64,000 bases of DNA from Octopus sinensis. Its lineage: Eukaryota. The position numbers were made by a program, and so were the translations under genes. Below, in pieces: positions 1 to 13,464 of this stretch (positions are counted from its first letter, which is position 1; each line of letters opens with the position of its first letter). Below the pieces are notes generated by a model that ran no database searches, was not told the origin of the DNA, and worked only from the letters and a program-made list of their open reading frames with translations. The stretch spans positions 8,556,001 to 8,620,000 of the forward strand of contig NC_043010.1 in assembly GCF_006345805.1 (NCBI RefSeq), read 5' to 3'.

Positions 1-117
1 TATATATATATATACATATGTGTGTATATATAACGAATATATATATATATATGTATGTATATTATATTTTTGTATATGCATATATATATATTATATATAT
101 GTATATATATATTTTTG

Positions 118-171
<54 letters not shown>

Positions 172-240
172 ATGTATATATATGCATGTATGTAAATGTA
201 TTGATATATATGTGTGTGTGTATACATATATACATGCATG
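1..240. repeat. (TA)n/(TATG) microsatellite
   Basis: Directly visible dinucleotide repeat. Confidence 0.95.
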
Positions 241-776
241 CATGTATATGCGTATATTTGTACGCATGTGTGTTTGTATAGGCACGGACACATATATACG
301 CATAGTTGTATATTTCTGTATAAATACACACGTGCACACATACATGCCTCCCCCCCCCACATTATACACATACATGCAAATATACACACACTATTGCGCA
401 GACATATAAATGAAACAAATACGTGTGTGTGGGGGGGGCGGTGTATATGCATATGTGTACACATGTGTGGGTCCACATATATCATAAGTACATCCCATAA
501 AATACACAGATGTACACACCCATCCACCCACTCCACACATCCATCACACATGTAAACATATATATTTATTCATATCTATAATGTATTATTTATTATTCCA
601 GACTTATATGAAGCCAATGTGTACATTAGATACTGTATACCTTCTGATGTCGTGCAGCCAGCTTCTCATCAAATGCTTTTGACTCAGTGATATTCTATTC
701 TAACTTGAGTCACTTTAACCAAGAATGCCTCTGTATGCTTTCCCATATAAATCGATCATATGCATGTTTGTGTGTA

Positions 777-808
<32 letters not shown>

Positions 809-814
809 TGTGTA

Positions 815-852
<38 letters not shown>

Positions 853-1126
853 GTATATTTAAGTAGGTATTGCTGTGTGATTGAGAAGATGGCACCACAA
901 CCATAAAGTCTAGGGGGGTTGCTTCTATTGCACTGTATGGCACCTGAGGTATATCTTATCTAGCTAATGTCATGTGAGTGGATTTGGTAGACAGAACCTG
1001 AAGGAATATTTCTTTGCCCATCATACATATGTGTATATGCAAGCATGCACACACACACACATATATATATATATGTATATATATATATGTGTGTGTGTAT
1101 GTGTGTGTGTGTGTGTGTGTGTGTAT

Positions 1127-1464
1127 ACTCTTTACTCTCTTTTATTCTTTTACTTGTTTCAGTCATTTGACTGTAGCCATGCTGGAGCACTGCCTTTTAG
1201 TCGAGCAAATCGATCCTAGGACTTATTCCTTGTAAGCCTAGTACTTATTCTATTGGTCTCTTTCACCAAACTGCTAAGTTACAGGGGATGTCAACACACC
1301 AGCATTGGTTGTCAGTGATGTCAGGGGTGGGGGACAAACGCAGACACACAAACATATACACACACACATACATATGAAGCTCCTTCTATAAAATAAATTA
1401 GTTTACTCTGCTATGTATTGAGTACCTTATTTACTGTGGTTAACCCCGACTCAACCCGGGACCT

Positions 1465-1518
<54 letters not shown>

Positions 1519-1970
1519 GGAGAACAAAGTGTACATACGCCGCTATATATATATATAAAAAATACAAAATGGGACAAGAACACAAAACATCCAAATAGAC
1601 AATGCAAAAATCACGGACGGGTCACTCGAAGCCTCTAATCTTCAGTCAAGAATCGAATCATCCTCGCAATTTCGGCTGATTAATCTTGGGATTGCTCCAA
1701 TCTGGCCAGCCCCAAGGAAAAACTAAGCTAAGAGCATTAGATTCCTTGGAAAAAGGATTGAATGTTTATGAAATAAGGACAGAAAAATGGATGATATTAT
1801 ATATATATACATATACACGATGGGTTTCTTTCAGTTTCTGTCTACCAAATCTACTCACAAGGCTTTGGTCAGCCCGAGGCTATAGTAGAAGACACTTGCC
1901 CAAGGTGCCATGCAGTGGGACTGAACCCGGAATCATGTGGTTGGTAAGCAAGCTACTTACCACACAGCCA
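1127..1970 (-). mobile_element. tRNA/CORE-like SINE family A, split in its central microsatellite by ~420 bp of inserted sequence
   Basis: 3' half (ctcttttacttgtttcagtc...) at 1127-1378 and 5' half (...ttaccacacagcca) at 1800-1970 match the ~420-bp consensus repeated across the window. Confidence 0.85.
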
Positions 1971-2208
1971 ATTAATTGCTAGAAGTGCCAACATTGCTAG
2001 AAATAAGGGTTGAAAAATACTCAAATAAGCTACTATTTCACTGAAAATTACAACAGACGAAAATCGAGGTATGAGCAAAATTTAACTTACCATTGGTTTT
2101 AGCAATACTGGTACTTTGTGTACTCTCAATTATAATAAATAATTAATTATAAATTTAGAAATTTGCCTTTTTTGGCTTTAATGCTTGCTGGCTAATTTAT
2201 TATTATTG

Positions 2209-2250
<42 letters not shown>

Positions 2251-2413
2251 AAGAATAATAATTATAATAATAATAATAATGATAATAATAATAATATCTT
2301 TATTTATTTATGCATAATTATATACTAATATTATTTGAATTTGGCACTGGTCTTACAGCAGATTTGACAGGCATGATGAAGCAAGCATATATTTAACCCT
2401 TGGCTATAGTGAA

Positions 2414-2470
2414 ACCTACTGATGAGAGCTAGGCGCAATAGTTCAAAGTTCGAAATCACGTGACATAGGT
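2414..2470 (+). ncRNA. Degenerate minimal type-I hammerhead-like motif
   Basis: ACCTA-CTGATGA-GAGCT..AGTTC-GAAA-TCACGTGA-CA-TAGGT; stems I, II and III pair, but position 16.1 is C rather than U. Confidence 0.45.
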
Positions 2471-2864
2471 ATATCTGTGACTCTCATTTGAGACTTTCAG
2501 CCACAATGGTAAATTAAATTTTGATCTTCCCTTGATTTTTGTCAGCCTGTTGTTTTTTCAGTGAAATGGTGGCATATTAGAGTATTTCTAGCAATGCTGG
2601 TACTTTGTGTAACCTCAATTATGATTAATAATTAATTATAAATTTATAAATTTGTCTTTTTGGCTTTAATGCTTACTGGTCACTTTATTATTGTTGTTAT
2701 TGTTTATTAATAATAATAATAATATCTTTATATATGTGTGTGTCTGTGTGTGTGTGTGTGTAGGTTCTATAAGGTATATGTATATATATTTATATATCTA
2801 AAAAGGTTTGAAAAGTGCTAACACATGAAATTCTCAACCCTTGATTCACTCTATATATATATAT

Positions 2865-3072
2865 ATATAAAGTTAATCCAAACAAGAAAGCACAAAAAAA
2901 AAAACACAACGCAAGGACGTGGAACAAATATAGTATTATTGGACACTCAGGAAAGAAGGAAAGACTGAAGGGTTTAACGTTTTGAGCGGAGCTCTTCATC
3001 GGAAACATAGGAGAAGGAAAGATCCAGAGAAGTGAAGACAGGAAAAAAAATCGCCAACGGTACACACGCGGT
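2865..3072 (-). mobile_element. Penelope-like (PLE) repeat fragment with decayed hammerhead motif (2972-3006)
   Basis: Minus strand GTTT-CCGATGA-A-GAGC-TCC-GCTC-AAAA-CG-TT-AAAC; G12 mutated. Confidence 0.45.
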
Positions 3073-3370
3073 ATATACTGATGAAATGATCATCTAGTCC
3101 AGTGGAATGGCACTACCATATCATGTGAGTTCAACGTCTCTATGGATCATCAGCAGCACCCTGGCCTCACACCAATTACCAAAATGAAAATCAGCTGAAC
3201 AGATATAGCATAATAATAATCAGTCCTCAATAAACACATTTTATCAACATGAGATGGTGTCTCTAGATGTTAGTAGCAGTTTTAAAGCAATTTAGACAAC
3301 ACATCTGATTTAAATTGGATGTAATAATTATTAATAAATCTCTGAACGAGGTGTAAACAGTAACTGCACG

Positions 3371-3623
3371 ACAATGTAAGGTATACTAGCCATCTCAATA
3401 TGGCTAACCACAAAGGGTGGGTGTTACTGTAGCTTGTAGCCCCAGGAGAACATCGTCTCCAGCTGGCTTTAGGCACACTTTCTGTGCTCTTGCAAATACC
3501 ATAAGGGCACAGAAAGTGTGCCTAAAGCCAGCTGGAGACGATGTTCTCCTGGGGCTACAAGCTACAGTAACACCCACACTTAGTGGTTAGCCTTATTGAG
3601 ATGGCTAGTATACCTTACATTGT
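3371..3623. repeat. 253-bp near-perfect palindrome (~120-bp arms) derived from a Helitron-related repeat
   Basis: Arms are reverse complements with about 4 mismatches; the same sequence occurs as a single arm at ~45200-45325. Confidence 0.95.
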
Positions 3624-3628
3624 AATAA

Positions 3629-4050
3629 CTCTTTAACTCTCTTTTACTTGTTTCAGTCATTTGACTGCGGCCATGCTGGAGCACCACCTTTAGTCGAGCA
3701 AATCAACCCTGGGACTCATTCTTTGTAAGCCCAGTACTTATTCTATCGGTATCTTTTGCCGAACCGCTAAGTGACGGGGACGTAAACACACCAGCATCAG
3801 TTGTCAAGCAATGCTAGGGGGACAAACACAAACACACAAACATATACATACACATACATATATATATATATATATATACATATATACAACAGGCTTCTTT
3901 CAGTTTTCGTCTACCAAATCCACTCACAAGGCATTGGTTGGCCCGGGGCTATAGCAGAAGACACTTGCCCAAGATACCACGCAGTGGGACTGAACCCAGA
4001 ACCATGTGGTTGGTTAGCAAGCTACTTACCACACAGCCACTCCTGCGCCT
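3629..4050 (-). mobile_element. SINE family A, full length
   Basis: Matches consensus aggcgcaggagtggctgtgtggtaag...aaacaagtaaaagag; contains accttgggcaagtg, resembling the CORE domain. Confidence 0.9.
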
Positions 4051-4317
4051 ATTATTATTATTTATTACAAATACTGCTGCTGTCACTAATAGACTTCTTT
4101 CAATTTCTGTTACCACATCCACTTGGAATGACCTTCAGTTATAGCAGTAGATACATTCCCAAAGGTACATGTGTTGGCACAGAATTCAAAACCATATAGT
4201 TTTGAAGTGAACTACACAACAGTCTACACCTATAGGCTTTGGTCAGCCTGGGGGGGGGGGGCTATCGCAGAAGATATTTGAAAAGAGGAAATCAAAACAA
4301 ATCAAATCAAATCAAAT

Positions 4318-4737
4318 CAGAATCGATGAACATCAATGGAATTTGTATTTTTGTGGTACCAGTGCCAGTGGCACATAAGAAAACCATCCGAACGTGACCA
4401 TAGCCAGTACCGCATCGACTGGCTTCCGTGCTGTGGGCACGTAACAAACACCATCCGATCGTGGCCGTGCCAACCTCGCCTGGCCTCCGTGCCATTGGCA
4501 CGTAACAAACACCATCCGAGCGTGGCCGTTCACCAGCCTCGCCTGGCACCTGTGTCGGTGGCACATAAAAAGCACCTACTACACTCACGGAGTGGTTGGC
4601 GTTAGGAAGGGCATCCAGCTGTAGAAACACTGCCAGATCTAACTGGCCTGGTGCAGCCTTCTGGCTTCCCAGATCCCATTGAACCGTCCAACCCATGCTA
4701 GCATGGAAAGCAGATGCTAAACGATGATGATGATGAG
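4318..4737 (+). mobile_element. RTE-type LINE 3' UTR / RTE-tail element with internal ~60-bp tandem repeats and (GAT)n tail
   Basis: ggttggcgttaggaagggcatccagc...aaacgatgatgatg; the same tail follows the RTE ORF remnant at 19775-20800. Confidence 0.75.
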
Positions 4738-4944
4738 GAGGAGGAGGATACCATGTTGTGGGACTGAACTCAGTCATGTCTGCATGTCCACACATGCACG
4801 CTGATGCTCTGTTGGTAACGATAACGAGTGTTCCACTTGATCTGATCAACCTGCTCATGAAATTAACATGCAAGTGGCTGAGTGCTCCACAGATGCATGA
4901 ACTCCTAATGTAGTTCTCAGAGAGATTCAGCATGCCACAGATTG

Positions 4945-5178
4945 TGGTGGCGAGCTGGCAGAATCGGTAGCACGCCGGGCGAAATGCTTAGCGGTATTTC
5001 GTCTGCCGCTACGTTCTGAGTTCAAATTCCGCCGAGGTCGACTTTGCCTTTCATCCTTTCGGGGCTGATAAATTAAGTACCAGTTATGCACTGGAGTCGA
5101 TCTAATCGACTTAATCCCTTTGTCTGTCCTTGTTTGTCCCTTCTATGTTTAGCCCCTTATGGGCAATAAAGAAAAAAG
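4945..5178 (+). mobile_element. tRNA-headed SINE family B (Meta-domain-like)
   Basis: A/B-box-like head (ggcgagctggcagaatcg...gagttcaaattcc) plus cctttcatcctttcggggtcgataaattaagtacc, which I recognise as Meta-domain-like. Confidence 0.8.
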
Positions 5179-6665
5179 ATTGTGACAAGTCTGGTCCTTT
5201 GAGTGCACAGTTTCAACTCATTTTTGTCAGCTGAGTGAACTGGAGCAATGTAAAATAAAGCTTCATGCACCACTAGGAATTGAACTCATGGCATATGATC
5301 ATGAGCCAGATACCCTAACCACCAAGCCACATGCCTTGACAACACACACACAATGCTTTCCTTATGCATACAAATGGCACTATTGGACATTCCTTTCAAT
5401 AACTGTCAACTGGAGATCACTGCAATTATGGCATACACTTTCCAACAGTATCACTTCCTCTAGCTATACAGAAGAACATTATTACTATTGAGGTATATCC
5501 AAGGTCCTTCTGTGTCACATTTTGGCATGCTTTTACTTCTCTTCCTCTTGTTGTATTCACTGTTGCTTAGTTCCCTATTGGCAGCCATAATTGAGCAGAC
5601 ACACAGTTAAAGGCTTTCCAGTCATGACCACTCCATTTTATTTTATTTTTATTTGATCATATTTTTTCAGACACCTTCTGGTTGCAATATCCAATAACTT
5701 TACTTTTCTTTTAATATATTGTAGTGTAATTTCAGGGATATATGTTTGCTATTTCTAGCAGGTTAAATGACCGCTTATAAGCTTTCTCACCCCTTCCTGT
5801 TACCATACGAAACCTGGTTGCAGCTGCAACACTCATATATTAAAAAAAAAAAATGGCCATACTATAAACATCCTTTGGAAAGGAAATAGAAGCTAACGGT
5901 AAAATACAAAAATGATGGATTCACAGTTAAAGGTTATTGCTATAATCACAGACTTCATTTCTCTGGATAGTCTAAGAGATAAGCCTACATTAATCAGTTT
6001 TAAAGAATGGAAAGAACTATAGGAATTAATATAATATGAATGCTAAAATAACGTCTGCTAAATCACTTAGTCCTTGTGGTGGACAGAGGCAACTGAAATA
6101 GGCTGGACATGTGACGAGAAATGGAAGAGGGAAGAATGAGAAAATGATAAAAATAATGGTAATAATAGCAATAAAAGGAGAAAAAAAATTCATATTGTAA
6201 GGTGATTGAGGTTTGGTAGTTGATGGCAACCAGGTTAGAGGTATGTGAAGGAAGAAATATATGACTTTGATGTGACCTAAAAGTGGCTGGAGGGTTGAGC
6301 TGTGAGAGAGAGAAGACAAAGGCAGCTGGCTTGGCTGGAGGAGTGGTTAAACTACAGACAGAACCATTTCAGCTCATGTCAATGTGAGCAGCACTAGCAA
6401 GTACAACAACATCAACACAAAACGACTTCAACAGCAGCAACAGCAACAGCAGCAACAGTAGCAGTGGTAGTAATAGTAACAACAATGATATTAGCAGCAA
6501 TGTAAAAGGCATTATCAACAATAATACTAGCAACAACATGGCAACAGTAACAGGAAGAACAACAAAAATAACAACAACAACAACAACAGTAGCAGCTACA
6601 GCAACAGCAACAACATCAACAGCAACAGCAATATGATGCATTTACCACAGCAATATTAGCCATGA

Positions 6666-7051
6666 GTGGAGGCGCAATGGCCCAGTGGTTAGGGCAGCAG
6701 ACTCGCGGTCATAGGATCGCGGTTTCGATTCCCAGACCGGGCGTGGTGAGTGTTTATTGAGTGAAAACACCTAAAGCTCCACGAGGCTCCGGCAGGGGAT
6801 GGTGGTGATCCCTACTGTACTCTTTCACCACAACTTTCTCCCACTCTTACTTCCTGTTTCTGTTGTACCTGTATTTCAAAGGGCCGGCCTTGTCACTCTC
6901 TGTGTCACGCTGAATATCCGCGAGAACTACGTTAAGGGTGCACGTGTCTGTGGAGTGCTCAGCCATTTACACGTTAATTTCACGAGCAGGCTGTTCCATT
7001 GATTTGGATTAACTGGAACCCTCATCGTCGTAACCGACGGAGTGCTTCCAC
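6666..7051 (+). mobile_element. tRNA-headed SINE family C, full length
   Basis: tRNA-like head (tggcccagtggttagggc...ggtttcgattcc); 11-bp TSD attagccatga at 6655-6665 and 7052-7062. Confidence 0.9.
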
Positions 7052-8119
7052 ATTAGCCATGAAGAAAATGACAAGAGTAAAAGCAAAAACAATAATAACA
7101 GCTGTTGTAATAATCCTTTCTTATTTTGGCATACGGCCAGTAAGTTTGAGGGGTGGGGAAGTTGATTACATTGACCCCAGGTACTTATTTTATCAGGGTA
7201 CTAGCTAACATAAAAATTGAATAGCATTTCACTACCATTTATCTTTTCATTTTCATAATTAGTATACAAAACTTAATCCATGAATCAAATTTGAAAACAA
7301 TTGGAACGAAATTATAGACAGTGACCATAACCACAAAGATCCATATATATGCTAGCATGGAAAGCGGACGCTAAACGATGATGATGATGATGATGATGAT
7401 ATATATATATACATATATATATATGTATATCATCATCATTGTTTAACGTCCGCCTTCCATGCTAGCATGGGTGTGACCATATATATATATATGAAAATAT
7501 ATATATATATAGGTATCAAGTTAGAGGAGATTAACACATGAGAAAAAATGTGCTTAATTAAACGAGGTAGCCCGCACCTAAATAATACTCACCCTGCCCT
7601 AATTACCCAATGAAACTAACCAGTCTACCCCAAGCAAACCTCTACCCAGTGAATCCACCAGTGCAAGAACAAAATTTAATGTAAGAATTACCAATTTCTT
7701 TACATTACCATATATATCAATCATTTTCTCAATCTCTTTTGAGGAACTGCTAAGTTACAAGGATGTAAACACAACAACACTGGTTGTCAAGCGATAGTGG
7801 TAGTGGTGGAGATAAGCACAGACACAAGCATACACACACACACATATATATGTGTGTTTTTGCTCAATAAACACTCACAATGTAAAAAAGGTAAAAAGTA
7901 AAAAAGGTAAAAGAGTTATCTCATCCTTCTTAGACCTTAAATTATAAGGCTGGAGAAATATTAATAAGTTAATCAGGTATAGGTGGAATTTTCCAGTTTT
8001 TCAAAATGTATTTAGATATATGTTTACAACTGCTGAAAATTTCAGACCTAGAGTTCAGTAGTGAGTTATATCTAAAACAAATAAAACATTTTATTTCGAC
8101 AAAGCAATATTCATCAAAT

Positions 8120-8675
8120 AAGTGTCACTGGTACTTATTTTACCAATCCCAAAAGGTGAAAAGCATTCCTTGGTGGAATTTGATCTCAAGGTGAAGACAA
8201 ATATAAAAACCCTTTACTATTTTGTCCAATGTTCTAATGACTCTGCCAGTTCAATGCCTTAACAGTATTGATAACAATGGCTTCAAATTTTGGCATAAGG
8301 CCCGCAATTTTGGTGGAGTGAGTTAAGCTGATTTCATTGATCCCAATATTGCACCTGAAGAATGAAAAGTAAAACTGACCTCAGCTGAACTTGAACTCAG
8401 AAGGTAAAGATGAGTGAGATGCTGTTTAGTATTTTGCTTGACATGCTAACAATTCTGCCAGCTTACCACCTTAACAGTATTAATAATGGTTTCTAAATTT
8501 GACCCAACACCAGCAATTTTGGGGGAAGGTAGAAGTCAATTACGTCAACCCCAGTGCTCAGCTGGTATTTAATTTATCAACCCTGGAAAGATGAAAGGCT
8601 AAGTCAACCTTGGAGGAATTTGCCCAGCATTTTTCCCAGCACAGTAATGACACTGCCTGCTTGCCACCTTGTTAA
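8120..8675 (-). mobile_element. Three old tandem degenerate family-B-like SINE copies
   Basis: Repeated tggtacttattt..ccc..aaggatgaaa..ggaatttgaactcag motifs separated by ccttaacagtatt.ataa. Confidence 0.6.
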
Positions 8676-8738
8676 CAGGATTAATAACAATAACAAGAGT
8701 AATAATAATAATGACAACAGTAGCAACAACAGCAACAG

Positions 8739-8840
8739 TGGAGGTGCAATGGCCCAGTGGTTAGGGCAGCGTACTCGCAGTCGTAAAAGCACGGTTTCGA
8801 TTCCCAGGCCGGGCATTGTGAGTGTTTATTAAGCAAAAAT
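8739..8840 (+). mobile_element. SINE family C head fragment
   Basis: ggaggtgcaatggcccagtggttagggcagc... Confidence 0.8.
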
Positions 8841-8865
8841 ATCTATTGAGCAAAAACAAACATAT

Positions 8866-9118
8866 ATGTGTGTGTGTGTATGTTTGTGTCTGTGTTTATC
8901 TCCACCACCACCACCACCACCACCACCATCGCTTGACAACCAGTGTTGTGTTTACATCCTTGTAACTTAGCAGTTCCTCAAAAGAGATTGATAGAATAAG
9001 TATTGAGCTTCAAGAAAAATAAGTAGTGAAGTCAATTCATTAAACTAGAAGTTCTTCAAGACAGTGCCTCCAGCATGACCACAGTCTAATGACTGAAACA
9101 AGTAAAAGATAAAAAATT
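8866..9118 (+). mobile_element. SINE family A 3' half, diverged
   Basis: atcgcttgacaacc...gactgaaacaagtaaaag. Confidence 0.75.
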
Positions 9119-9540
9119 ATATGGGAAGACAGGATGGTCATAGTTGGAATACATTTGATCATAGATCTTGTTGATGAGGATGAGTTTAACCCAAGGCTAA
9201 ACTATGACAACAGCAGCAGTAGCAGGAGGCGCAATGGCCCAGTGGTTAGGGCAGTGGACTCGTGGTCGGAGGATGAGGATACTTGAAATGTGATGATTGC
9301 AATGATAGTTATGACAATGAATTTATACATTGTTAGGAAATCCGAGGAATTAATTTGATACATAAAAGGCCATAAATCCACACATATATGCACACACACA
9401 CACACACACACACACAAACATATGCACATGTGTGCACACACACATGCATGCATGCACACACAATCATGCACTATATATGTGTATTTGAGTGTGTGTGTGC
9501 ACACATGCTTATTTCTGTAACCCTGTTTGATATTCAAGCT

Positions 9541-9577
<37 letters not shown>

Positions 9578-10714
9578 GTGTGTGTATAGATAAACTCAGT
9601 AAAAGCTTACATTTGGGGGTTTTACCTCATTCATTTGCATCTAGTATGTTAATGCATTTACCACCTCTAATATGTTAATCCAGTTGAAATGACATTCTGC
9701 ATTATTATCAACCAATTACCACCAGTCAAGCATTAATTAAATCTGTTTTAACATTCTTTCTGGAGAACCAAATTAAAAGCAGCGCAAGGATTTTTACAGC
9801 CACTTTTCTTCTATACTTGTATACTTAGGAATAGATAAGGCAAATTTGCATATTGTGAGATATGTTATGGTTGGGTACCCTCCTTGCAATTAATCATTCA
9901 ACTGTGAGATGAGAGCCGCATAATTTATTTTTTAGTTTTACAGATTTAACTAGAAGATAAAACTTACTGGAAGTATAAAAAAAAAGAGAAAACAAACAGA
10001 TCTAGGCATGTTTCAGACTTATGAAATATCCTTCACTAATGAGGTTTAATAAGGTTAAAACATGTCCGGAGATATCACTGTATTAGCTGTATTTGCAAAA
10101 GATTGCTTACTACTGCATGTCTCTCATCTTGTCTGTGTTATACATCATCAGATCACTGGATAATATTACTAACTTGAAATGAAATGATGAGGAACTTATA
10201 AATAGCAGTCAAATCTTTGACAAATCTTTGGGTATGTAAACAATACAATCCTAGATGCACAATATTTTACTCTCCGCTAATTGCACATATTCAATTTTTA
10301 ATAAAAGTTGTCCCCCTTGCATTTTATGACAAGAATTGATTATTAAAACTAAGGATTCTTTTTTTCTCTTCCTTAATTAAAACACCTTTAACCTCCACCT
10401 AACTAAATAAATTATAAACAGGTGTCTTCTATCTTCTAAACCCCAAAATAATCCCTAAAAGTCAGTGGTTGGTTCTAGTTTCATGATTTAATAAGCATGG
10501 CATTCACAACTAGAGGTACAGAGAAAGAATTTGAAAATAGAGAGACTTAGAATAGTTAAAAATGCATTCAACATTCTAAAGCCCGCTTTCAAGACTAAAA
10601 CCTCTATTTAAATGTTTTAAGCAAAAACTTTGTACAGCAATATCTAACCTATATTATTACATGATTTCAATATGAAAATCATGCTCCTTTTAAGCATTAT
10701 ATGTATATATATAT

Positions 10715-11036
10715 AATTCAAGATCACAGCATACATGTACACTGCAACATAATTTCTTTTCCTCAACAGGCCCTGCCCTATTTAACATTGTCCTGAGGGA
10801 GATCAAAGAGGAAAAGGATCCCATCAACTTTAAACGGAGTCTGGATAGATTCCTTCAAAGAATACCAGATAAGCCACCCATAATTGGATACAGCTCACCC
10901 AACAAGAACTCACTACTTGAATGGACCATAAACAAAACTTGACTTAAACAGGATTCGAATAATCCTATCAGGTGGTGCTATTAAGTTAGACATGGCCTGG
11001 ACCAATCTTTGGTCGAAACATATCTAAGTTTATCTA

Positions 11037-11043
<7 letters not shown>
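10715..11043 (+). pseudogene. CR1-group LINE ORF2 C-terminal remnant with tandem tail
   Basis: Translates HNFFSSTGPALFNIVLREIKEEKDPINFKRSLDRFLQRIPDKPPIIGYSSPNKNSLLEW*, typical of CR1/L2-group ORF2 ends; (atctaagttt)2 tail. Confidence 0.7.
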
Positions 11044-11083
<40 letters not shown>

Positions 11084-11101
11084 ATTATATATATATATAT
11101 T

Positions 11102-11155
<54 letters not shown>

Positions 11156-11164
11156 TATATATGT

Positions 11165-11210
<46 letters not shown>

Positions 11211-11212
11211 AT

Positions 11213-11383
11213 AGGAGCAAGAGTGGCTGTGTGGTAAGTAGCTGCTTACCAACCACATGGTTCTGGGTTCATTCCCACTGCGTGGCACCTTGGGCAAGTG
11301 TCTTCTACTATAGCCTCGGGCTGACCAAAGCCTTATGAGTGGATTTGGTAGACAGAAACTGAAAGAAACCCATCGTATATAAG

Positions 11384-11414
<31 letters not shown>

Positions 11415-11622
11415 ATATGTTTGTATGTCTGTGTTTGTCCCCCCAACATCACTTGACAACCGATGGTAGTGTGTTTACATCCCCATAACTTAGTGGTTCT
11501 GCAAAAGAGACCGATAGAATAAGTACTAGACTTCCAAAGAATAAGCCCTGGGATCGATTTGCTCGACTAAAGGCGGTGCTCCAGCATGGCCACAGTCAAA
11601 TGACTGAAACAAGTAAAAGAGA
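11213..11622 (+). mobile_element. SINE family A, full length
   Basis: Consensus match. Confidence 0.9.
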
Positions 11623-12194
11623 GAAAACAAGAGAGAGAATATAAAACTCTTAACTCAATCCCCTGCTTGATCTGTTTCATCATCTTTTTTACAGAGCAAC
11701 CACAAACTGGATGTATCTACTCACCTCCAGCAATTGAGAGCAGTTTGCCATTTTTCATTCCATAATGGCTACCTCTGATGAGTGCAGGTTACATAATTGG
11801 ATTGTTACCTAACACTCTGGTGAACCCTTAGCATGAAACTGATTGGTAAGATTGACTTATGGACTCTTAAATGACTCACACACACACCACACACACACAC
11901 ACACCACACACACACACAAATACACTCACGCACGCGCACACACGCACATGTACACACGCAATGTGAGGGCCTGTATGTGGTTTCTGAATCAATTTGAAGT
12001 TCCAGTCAAATCTCCCTCAAAAATCACATTGTACCATGTTAAAGTATGAACAAGAGTATATTTCGTTAAAAAGACTATATCTAGTAAAGAAAGATTGGAG
12101 AAGGCCATATCTGGAATGCCTTGGATTCTGGAATCTATGCTGATATCGAGCTAAATATCCACCACATTTCCCCCAACACCTGATAAACACCACC

Positions 12195-12260
12195 ACTGCC
12201 ACATCCACAACCGCTGGTGCTGCCACCAGCACTGCCACCTCTACCACCACCACCACCACC

Positions 12261-12291
<31 letters not shown>

Positions 12292-12356
12292 CCACCACCA
12301 CCACCACCACCACCACCAACAACAACAACACCACCACCCCCAACACCACCACCACC

Positions 12357-12388
<32 letters not shown>

Positions 12389-13173
12389 CACCACCAACAC
12401 CAACAATAACAACAACACTACCACCATCACCATCACCACCACCACCACCACCACCACTGCCACCCCCACCACTGCCACCCCCACCACTGCCACCCCCACC
12501 ACCACTGCCACCACCACTGCCACCCACCACCACCACCCCACCACCACCACCAACACCACCACCAACACCAACAATAACAACAACACTACCACCATCACCA
12601 TCACCACCACCACCACCACCACTGCCACCCCCACCACTGCCACCCCCACCACTGCCACCACCACTGCCACCACCACCACCACAGCCATCAACACCAGCAA
12701 TTGGTATCCTTTCAGATAATTTATTCGCAAACTGACAACAGCATTACCATATATCTCTAAATCCAAGTGTTAATCGAAGAATATTAATTTGTTAGTCATT
12801 AAGAATCAATTAAAACCAAATTTCCAAGCAAAGGCTTCATTTGATATCATACTGGAACCAAGTATGTACTTAAAATGGTTGACACTCTGGTCAAGCTAAG
12901 CCTTGGTTCATTAACAAATTATGCCTGATCGTTAATATGGGAGAAAAATAATTTTCCTGATAAATTTATGCCCTAATTTTTTTTTAATTAAAGATCATCA
13001 TCATCATCGTCATTAGCATCATCATCATCATCATCATCATCACTATCACTGTCATTGTTGTTGTTGCCATTGTTGTCATAATCATCATCAGCATCACCAT
13101 CATCATCACCACCATTGCTGCCATCACCGCCACCAACCACCACCACTACCCCCCCACCAACAATACTACCACC

Positions 13174-13204
<31 letters not shown>

Positions 13205-13375
13205 CTGCCGCTATGATGACAACGACAACCACCACCAACCACCACCACCACCACCACCAACCACCACCACCACCCCACCACCAACACCACCACCACCACC
13301 ACAACAACAACACTGCCGCTATGATGACAACGACAACCACCACTACCACCATCATCATGATTTTTCATTATCACC
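12195..13375. repeat. (CCA/CAA/CAT)n triplet-repeat tracts with internal block duplications
   Basis: Directly visible; a ~130-bp block is repeated at ~12390 and ~12560. Confidence 0.9.
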
Positions 13376-13464
13376 ATCTTTTATGGTCCATGTCCCATGT
13401 TGGTATGGGTTCTCTGAATCAGCAGGATCTGACTAGCCCTATGACTGTATTAGTCTCCTCTACC

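Noticed and set aside
4307-4933. 208-aa minus-strand ORF
   Set aside because: Spans antisense RTE-tail and SINE repeats; chance open frame
6666-6745. tRNA gene-like sequences (also 8739, 9225 and 18573)
   Set aside because: They are SINE heads continuing into SINE bodies with TSDs, not stand-alone tRNA genes
12017-12766. 249-aa Val-rich and 172-aa Pro-rich ORFs
   Set aside because: Low-complexity repeat artefacts
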